From an uncultured Planctomycetales bacterium (lineage in GTDB: Bacteria; Omnitrophota; Gorgyraeia; Zapsychrales; JAHFFX01): a stretch of DNA of 64,000 bases. Shown here piece after piece: positions 57,959 through 64,000 of this stretch. Location of the stretch: contig CAZUJQ010000002.1 of the NCBI GenBank assembly GCA_964620805.1, forward strand, positions 6,253 to 70,252, given 5' to 3'. Every line of letters starts with the position of its first letter. The stretch's first letter is position 1. The notes beneath the pieces were generated by a model. It was not told the DNA's origin. It saw nothing but the letters and a program-made list of their open reading frames with translations, and ran no database searches. A program made the translations under genes and the position numbers.

Positions 57959-58306
57959 GATTTTTTAACCCCCATAGAAAACCTGTGTCACAGTAACATG
58001 TCGCAGCATGTCACAGTAGCGTGTCACAGTAAATGTCTTGGAGGCGTGTCCTAAAATGTCCCATATGGATGTCCTATAATGTCCTATATTTTGCCGCAGT
58101 TGATGATAAAACATAGTAGGCCCCTTTAAGCTCGCCCTTCATCTCAGTGTCCACTAATTTTTATTTCATCTCGTGTTCCTGACTTATGGAGTCATTAACA
58201 TCACCCAGTTTCTTTTGCCAATAAGATAAGCTAGATATTCTTTTTTATGTATGCGAAATTGGTAATAGCCTGTTGTTTTTTCGTTTTCAAACATGGGGTC
58301 GTTAAA

Positions 58307-59581
58307 TTACCTTTCCAAGATTACCGCCGCGCCCTGGCCCCCGCCCACGCACAGCGCCACCAATCCCGCATGGAGATTGTTTCGATGAAGGTGCTTGAGC
58401 ATGGTGAGAATGAGGCGCGCCCCGCTGGCGCCCACGGGATGGCCTAAGGCGATGGCCCCTCCATTGACATTGAGAATCTCGGGTTGGATCGATCCCGTGA
58501 ACCCTTCATAGCTGAACTCCCGAGCGAAGGCCGGGCTTTCTAACGCCTTAAGGCATGCTAACACTTGCGCGGCAAAGGCCTCGTTGATTTCGATGGCATC
58601 GATGTCTTTTAAACTCATCTCTGCTTTTTTTAGAACGCGGGGAATCGCGTGCGCCGGCCCAATCCCCATCCGGTGCGGCTCAACGCCGGCAAAAGTAAAC
58701 GCCCGCAAATACCCTAAAGGCTTAAAGCCCATATCTCTGGCTTTGCTTTCTCTCATCACCAGCAGGGCCACCGCCCCGTCGGTCACTTGGCTGGAATTTC
58801 CAGCGGTGACCGTGCCGGCGACGCGATCAAAAATCGGCCTCAAGGCCGCCAGCGCCTCGAGCGTTTGGTTCTCCCGGGGGCCGTTGTCTTTGTCCACAAC
58901 GCTTTTATAATGGGGGCCGGGAATGACCGGAACGATTTCTTCTTTTAAGCGCTCGCGTCCGGCGATGGCCCGTTGGTGGCTCCGCAGGGAAAATTGATCC
59001 TGATCTTTGCGGCTAATGCCGAATTCCTTGGCCAGAACTTCCCCTGTCTGGCCCATATTCAGACCGCACACTGGATCCGTGAGGCCTAGGTTCAAGCCGA
59101 TACGCGGCTTTAAAAATCTAGGCCGAATCTGGCTTAAGGCCCGCAGTTTTTCCAGAAAAGTCTTGGATTTGCTGAATCTAAAAATAATCTCCTGGAGGCC
59201 TTTGGAGACGAAAAACGGGATGTTGCTCATGGATTCGGTCCCTCCGGCCAGAACACAATCCACTTCATTCATGTGTATTTTGGCAGCGGCGCTTGTCACG
59301 GCCTCCAGACCGGAGGCGCAGTTTCGATGAACAGTAAAAGCCGGTGTTGTGGAAGGAATCCCGCTTAAGAGCGCGATGACCCGCGAGATATTGGCGGCGT
59401 CGGGCGGTTGGGAGACATTCCCAAAAATGACTTCGTCAATCAGAGTCACATCCAGATTCAATCGTTCGATCAACTCTCGTGCGGCGATCCTTCCCAGCTC
59501 CTGGGCGCTTAAGTCGTTAAAGACCGTGCCCATCTTGGCAAAGGGGGTGCGGATGCCGTCTATGATGGCGATTCTTTCCAT
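58307..59581 (-). CDS. fadI: Acetyl-CoA C-acyltransferase (thiolase)
   Basis: RTPF, CASG, NEAFA, GHPVGASG, CVGGG; the ORF-track N-terminal extension is MITE sequence. Confidence 0.9.
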   Translation of the reverse strand: MERIAIIDGIRTPFAKMGTVFNDLSAQELGRIAARELIERLNLDVTLIDEVIFGNVSQPPDAANISRVIALLSGIPSTTPAFTVHRNCASGLEAVTSAAAKIHMNEVDCVLAGGTESMSNIPFFVSKGLQEIIFRFSKSKTFLEKLRALSQIRPRFLKPRIGLNLGLTDPVCGLNMGQTGEVLAKEFGISRKDQDQFSLRSHQRAIAGRERLKEEIVPVIPGPHYKSVVDKDNGPRENQTLEALAALRPIFDRVAGTVTAGNSSQVTDGAVALLVMRESKARDMGFKPLGYLRAFTFAGVEPHRMGIGPAHAIPRVLKKAEMSLKDIDAIEINEAFAAQVLACLKALESPAFAREFSYEGFTGSIQPEILNVNGGAIALGHPVGASGARLILTMLKHLHRNNLHAGLVALCVGGGQGAAVILER

Positions 59582-59591
59582 TATATTAGAA

Positions 59592-59734
59592 CTTGAGTTT
59601 GGCAAATTTTCGAATTTGTCGTCGGAAAAGTCTCTCGGATCGCAAAAACAGGTTTTCGATACCACAAAATTGCTTTCTCGACGAGAACTACCTGAAAATA
59701 CGGCCCAAAAGCCCGAAAAAGTGCCAAACTCAAG
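59592..59734. mobile_element. MITE-like element identical to 26636-26778
   Basis: 143 bp, no differences seen; no direct repeat at this site. Confidence 0.85.
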
Positions 59735-59735
59735 T

Positions 59736-59782
59736 TCTCTACTTCTTTACTTCTGACTTCTGACCTCTGACTTCTGACCTCT
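59736..59782. repeat. 7-mer tandem repeat (TCTGACT/TCTGACC)
   Basis: TTCTGAC-TTCTGAC-CTCTGAC-TTCTGAC-CTCT. Confidence 0.75.
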
Positions 59783-59783
59783 C

Positions 59784-61265
59784 CTACGATTTCGGACGAA
59801 GATCCAAAATTCTCTTTTCCTTAGAAGAGGTCTCTAATTCCAATCTTTTAACCAATTCCGGCAACGAGGTGAAAATGATCTGATTCGGCGTGACCTCGGT
59901 GGCGGAAGCAATGCTTTTTTTGAGTTCTTCTTCCATCTGCCGTTTTTCGGAATTTTGGGAGCACACGTACACCACCAGCTCATCGACCTCATGAGGATCA
60001 TTGTCTTTCTTACGAATCTCGATCTGCCATTCGATGATCCCGGGAAAACCGTTTAACACGGTGGCAAAGTGATTCAAGTCGACCAAGGCCCCTTTGATCT
60101 TGGAGAGCGCCAATCCCTTGATATCGGAGATCCGCGTGATTTGACTGCTGATCCGGCCAACTTGCCGGCGGCAGTACGGGCACGGCTCATAGGTGATACC
60201 GCCTTTGACAAAATCCCCGGTTCGGTAGCGCACCACCGCGCTGCCCCGGCAATCCAGGGCGGTATAAACCAATTCGCCGTCTTCTCCCTCTTTCTGGGTT
60301 TCGCCCGTGTGGGGATCAATCACTTCAAAGATCTCCTTGTCGGGATAAAGATGATATCCGCTGGATGTGCCTGGTTTAGAGGGGCACTCCGCCCATGCCG
60401 AGCGGGCCTCGGTAAATCCATAGGTCCCAAAAATCGCGGTCTGGGTTGCGCCCATGGACATCAAAAGGTTTCTCAGTTTATCTTTATACGGCTCGGTCAC
60501 CGTGGCCGCGCCCAAAACCACCTTTTTGACAAAATCCATCCGGCATCCTTTTTCCTGAGCCACACGAAAAAAATGATAAACGTAGCTGGGCACGCCGAGA
60601 ATCACTGCGGGTTTCATCTTGAGGATCGCGTTGATATTGCCTTCGGTGGTCATCACCTTGCCGCCTCCGGTGCTCAAGGCCAGAACCCCTGAAGACAGCC
60701 CGCCAAAGACGACCTGCCAAAACGCCAGATGCGGAGCAAACGGAAAGACATTGACAATCCGCTCGGAGTCTTTGATGTCGAACAACTTCAGCATCCGGGC
60801 CCCCGAGAGATAAAGATTGTTGATGTCGTACATCGAATATAAGAATGATACCGGCGTGTGCGTTGTGCCCGTGGTGAAGGTCATAAAGACAGGACGGTAC
60901 TCTTTGCCCATTTGATCATGGAGAAATTCCTCGCCTCGTAAAATCTTCTTTAAAGCCAGTTGGAGAAGCCGAGGGGCCGGCCAGAAGCGCCGGATTTTTT
61001 CCGCATCCGGCTGCAGCACAAATTCCTTAAACTTCTCGAGGGACTCGGGTGAGGGAAGAAAATCCAGCTTCGAGGTCATGGGGACGCGCCTTAAGTCCTC
61101 GATCGTCCGGATGGTGCGGGGATCGATACGGTTTTGATCGAAGAGTTTCCGGTAATAGGGGCTGAAAGGATAAACCTGTCGGGTGATAAACTCGTACAGC
61201 TTTTTGTTTTGGAGTTTACGGATCTGGTTGTAGGAAAAATGGGAAATGGGACTCCAGGGATTCAT
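59784..61265 (-). CDS. Phenylacetate-CoA ligase (PaaK)-like adenylate-forming enzyme
   Basis: SPYYRKL, TTGTT, YGFTE, GELV.T, RYRTGD. Confidence 0.8.
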   Translation of the reverse strand: MNPWSPISHFSYNQIRKLQNKKLYEFITRQVYPFSPYYRKLFDQNRIDPRTIRTIEDLRRVPMTSKLDFLPSPESLEKFKEFVLQPDAEKIRRFWPAPRLLQLALKKILRGEEFLHDQMGKEYRPVFMTFTTGTTHTPVSFLYSMYDINNLYLSGARMLKLFDIKDSERIVNVFPFAPHLAFWQVVFGGLSSGVLALSTGGGKVMTTEGNINAILKMKPAVILGVPSYVYHFFRVAQEKGCRMDFVKKVVLGAATVTEPYKDKLRNLLMSMGATQTAIFGTYGFTEARSAWAECPSKPGTSSGYHLYPDKEIFEVIDPHTGETQKEGEDGELVYTALDCRGSAVVRYRTGDFVKGGITYEPCPYCRRQVGRISSQITRISDIKGLALSKIKGALVDLNHFATVLNGFPGIIEWQIEIRKKDNDPHEVDELVVYVCSQNSEKRQMEEELKKSIASATEVTPNQIIFTSLPELVKRLELETSSKEKRILDLRPKS

Positions 61266-61336
61266 AGGGGCCTTTAGGTCGTTTGGGGATTATACTACAA
61301 AACAGGACACCAGACACTCCCCTCTTTAAATTTTTT

Positions 61337-62269
61337 CTATAAAGCCAAAAATTTCTGGATCAGCAGGGCAAATCCTAAGGTGAGTCCGGTGGCCGTCAGA
61401 AGGTATACGATCGCGCACCGTTTGCCAAACTTGGTCCAGATCACAAAGAGTTCCGTGAAGTCGGTTGTGACTCCAACCAGGACGATGACGAAAACAACGG
61501 CAAGGGTAGCACCCATTTGATAGAGTTGGCCGGCAAAAACCGAAAACCCCTCGGAACAAAGTTCCACCATGGCCGCCACCGGCACAGCCAGAAAGACCGG
61601 ATTAAAAGAGGCGTGGACACCCAAATAACGAATGATCCAGGGCGTTGGGATAAACGCTTTCAGGCCGGCCGCCAAAAGAAGCCCAAATCCCAGATATTTC
61701 CAAAGCTCCCCAAACGCCTGGCCGGCCTGCTTTAAGGCCCGAAGGATTCTTTGGGATAAAGAAAGCTGAGCCTTTTGCTCGTCGTTAAGCTCTGTTTTAA
61801 AAACCTCCTGATCTGTTGGAAGGGATTCTGGAAACCAGGCACGATCTTCCAAACAACCTATCAACACTCCGGTGAGGAAGGCCACCGTCAAGGCCCCTAG
61901 GAAAATGATCGTCGTTCCTGTCAATCCCAGGAATTTATAAAAAACCGTCAATTGCACCAACCCCGCCCAAGGTGCCGCCAGCAGGAAGGTCAGGGCAGCC
62001 GCTCTGGTAGCGCCCTGCTTTCTTAAGGTGACAGCGATGGGGATGGCCCCGCAAGAACACAGGGAGGCCACTGTCCCGGAAAGAGTAGCGCGCAGGAGTG
62101 TCCCCAGGCTGTTTTTCCCCAGATAACGCAGAAGACTTTGGCGGGGGACAAACTCGGCAATGAGCCCAGCGATGAGAAAGCCGATCAGAAAATAGGCCCA
62201 GAGTTCTGCGAATAAACTCTTCAAGGCATTCGCATAGGCGATGGCAAAGTTGAAAAAAGGATTTGTCAT
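61337..62269 (-). CDS. DUF318 / ArsP-like permease
   Basis: LCSCGAIP, FLLAAP, LCSEG; multi-TM. Confidence 0.85.
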   Translation of the reverse strand: MTNPFFNFAIAYANALKSLFAELWAYFLIGFLIAGLIAEFVPRQSLLRYLGKNSLGTLLRATLSGTVASLCSCGAIPIAVTLRKQGATRAAALTFLLAAPWAGLVQLTVFYKFLGLTGTTIIFLGALTVAFLTGVLIGCLEDRAWFPESLPTDQEVFKTELNDEQKAQLSLSQRILRALKQAGQAFGELWKYLGFGLLLAAGLKAFIPTPWIIRYLGVHASFNPVFLAVPVAAMVELCSEGFSVFAGQLYQMGATLAVVFVIVLVGVTTDFTELFVIWTKFGKRCAIVYLLTATGLTLGFALLIQKFLAL

Positions 62270-62270
62270 C

Positions 62271-62408
62271 CTAGCCCAATCCGCATTTTCTGTTAAGACT
62301 ATTAAAGTCTACCCAGAAACTTTCCTTAAGTCTTTGTTTCTCTGGAATAATTTTCAAACAGTTGATGAGCCAAAAGGCCAGAATGAGTATCACAATTGTT
62401 TCTATCAT
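62271..62408 (-). CDS. Small ORF, 45 aa with an N-terminal TM; possible SPFH-domain remnant
   Basis: AGGAGG RBS; MIETIVILILAFWLINCLKIIPEKQR... Confidence 0.4.
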   Translation of the reverse strand: MIETIVILILAFWLINCLKIIPEKQRLKESFWVDFNSLNRKCGLG

Positions 62409-62431
62409 ATTTACCTCCTTGCTTACTCTGC

Positions 62432-62622
62432 AGTTCTGTCAAAAGTCCTCATCTATCGTGTCATTGCGAGGCCGCCGCAGTTTGGCGGGGGAAGCAATCT
62501 TTTAAACTCTAAAGAGATTGCTTCGTCGTCGCTAAGAAGCGCTCCTCCTCGCAATGACACATAGTTGTTGTTGCAAATTTTCCGTATAACTTCTCTTCTT
62601 TCATAAAACTTTTGACAATACC
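62432..62622. mobile_element. MITE-like element related to 29704-29910
   Basis: TIR AGTTCTGTCAAAAGT / ACTTTTGACAATACC; 8-bp direct repeat TACTCTGC on both sides. Confidence 0.7.
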
Positions 62623-64000
62623 TACTCTGCAGAGTTTGAGAGCCTTACGGTCTGCTGCTTTCTTACTTCATAATTCCACTTCCACACCGCATAAATGGCG
62701 GGGTACACCAGAAGCTCCATAATAAACGACGTGAAAATCCCCCCGACCATGGGCGCGGCGATCCGCTTCATCACATCCGCGCCGGTCTCCCAGCTGGCTG
62801 ACCACATGATGGGCAAAAGCCCGACAAAGGTGGTGCCCACCGTCATCAGTTTGGGACGAATGCGTTTGACCGCACCGTGCACAATCGCCTCCTTAAGATC
62901 AGAGAAATCGCGCATCGCGCCTTTTCGGCGGGCTTCCTCATAGGCCAGATCCAGATACAAAAGCATGATGACGCCGGTTTCGGCATCCACGCCTGCCAGC
63001 GCAATGAGCCCCACCCATACGGCGATCGACAGGTTATAGCCCAACACCCACAAAAGCCAGAGCGCGCCCACCAAGGAAAAAGGCACAGCCAAAAACACAA
63101 TGCCGGTTTTCACCAACGACTTGGTATTGATGTACAGAAGAAAGAAGATGATAAAAAATGTGAGGGGCACAACCACCATCAGCCGGCTCTTCACGCGTTC
63201 CATGTATTCGTACTGGCCGCTCCAAGTCAAGGCGTAGCCGGTGGGCAGTTTAAGTTTTTCGCTGACAATTTTTTTGGCTTCAGTGACATAACTTCCAATA
63301 TCCCGGCCCGTCATATCGACATAAACGTAACCGGCCAGCAGACCGTTTTCATCGCGGATCATGGCCGGGCCGTAGCGGAGTACAATATCCGCAATCTGGA
63401 TCAGCGGAATGTGCTGACCCAAAGGGGTCGGCACCAAGACGCGTTTGAGGTTGTCAACGTCATCGCGCAACTCCCGCGGATAGCGCACATTGACCGGATA
63501 GCGCTCCCGGCCTTCCACGGTCGTTGTGATATTCTCTCCACCGATTGCGGACATCACGATCATCTGAGCCTCTTCCACCGAAAGGCCATACCGGGCCAGT
63601 TGGTCGCGCTTCAATTCAAAGTCCAGAAAATAACCGCCCGCCACCCGCTCGGCGTAGATGCTGCGGGTCCCGGGGATTTCTTTGAGGATCCGCTCCAGCT
63701 CTATGCCGATTGCCTCGATTTTTTTGAAATCCGAGCCGAAGATCTTGATGCCGATCGGGGTGCGGACACCCGTCGTGAGCATGTCGATCCGGTTTTTGAT
63801 GGGCATGGTCCAGGCGTTGGTGGTGCCGGGAATCTTGAGGGCCTGATCCATTTCGTTGATCAATTGCTCATACGAAATTTTGCGCTTCCCTTCTTGCTGG
63901 GGTTTCAGCAGAACCACGGTTTCCATCATGGAAAAGGGGGCCGGGTCCGTGGAGCTTTCGATGCGGCCCGCCTTGCCAAAGACGCGCTCCACTTCCGGGA
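62622..64000 (-). CDS. cusA: CusA/CzcA heavy-metal RND efflux permease (5'-partial)
   Basis: STDPAP.SM.ET, PIKNRIDM, GVDAETGVIM, KRIRPKLMT, MKRIAAPMVGG. Confidence 0.95.
   Translation of the reverse strand, partial: PEVERVFGKAGRIESSTDPAPFSMMETVVLLKPQQEGKRKISYEQLINEMDQALKIPGTTNAWTMPIKNRIDMLTTGVRTPIGIKIFGSDFKKIEAIGIELERILKEIPGTRSIYAERVAGGYFLDFELKRDQLARYGLSVEEAQMIVMSAIGGENITTTVEGRERYPVNVRYPRELRDDVDNLKRVLVPTPLGQHIPLIQIADIVLRYGPAMIRDENGLLAGYVYVDMTGRDIGSYVTEAKKIVSEKLKLPTGYALTWSGQYEYMERVKSRLMVVVPLTFFIIFFLLYINTKSLVKTGIVFLAVPFSLVGALWLLWVLGYNLSIAVWVGLIALAGVDAETGVIMLLYLDLAYEEARRKGAMRDFSDLKEAIVHGAVKRIRPKLMTVGTTFVGLLPIMWSASWETGADVMKRIAAPMVGGIFTSFIMELLVYPAIYAVWKWNYEVRKQQTVRLSNSAE

Noticed and set aside
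1-64000. tRNA, rRNA or transposase genes
   Set aside because: No cloverleaf, rRNA signature or transposase ORF recognised; GTGGTTCGA at about 47650 belongs to a REP-like repeat

Overview
Bacterial genomic window; gene content and repeat style suggest a PVC/Omnitrophota-like lineage (inference only). Positions 1-43550 hold a ~43 kb minus-strand exopolysaccharide/exosortase (PEP-CTERM) locus: wza, wzz, ExeA-like ATPase, wzc, rfbACDB, C-methyltransferase, wzm/wzt, many glycosyltransferases, an O-ligase/polymerase, a deacetylase, a large secreted protein plus three pilin-like genes, epsH/epsI and an ORF with an internal PEP-CTERM motif. A sigma-54 promoter heads this locus, divergent from rpoN. 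It is followed by heme genes (hemC-cobA-hemD fusion, hemB, hemL), a beta-oxidation cluster with a cNMP-patatin gene, a permease and a partial CusA. Most striking observations: (1) a family of 9-nt-periodic palindromic intergenic elements (six empty copies plus fragments), one copy of which carries a four-helix-bundle (IVS/Avd-like) gene between its arms; (2) a c-di-GMP-I-like riboswitch split into three pieces by two hairpin-rich insertions; (3) AAA-ATPase cassettes flanked by diverged duplicates of neighbouring gene ends and preceded by operator-like palindromes; (4) several MITE-like elements and REP-like palindromes, some inserted in frame in enzymes. All product calls come from motif recognition by eye; no database searches were run.
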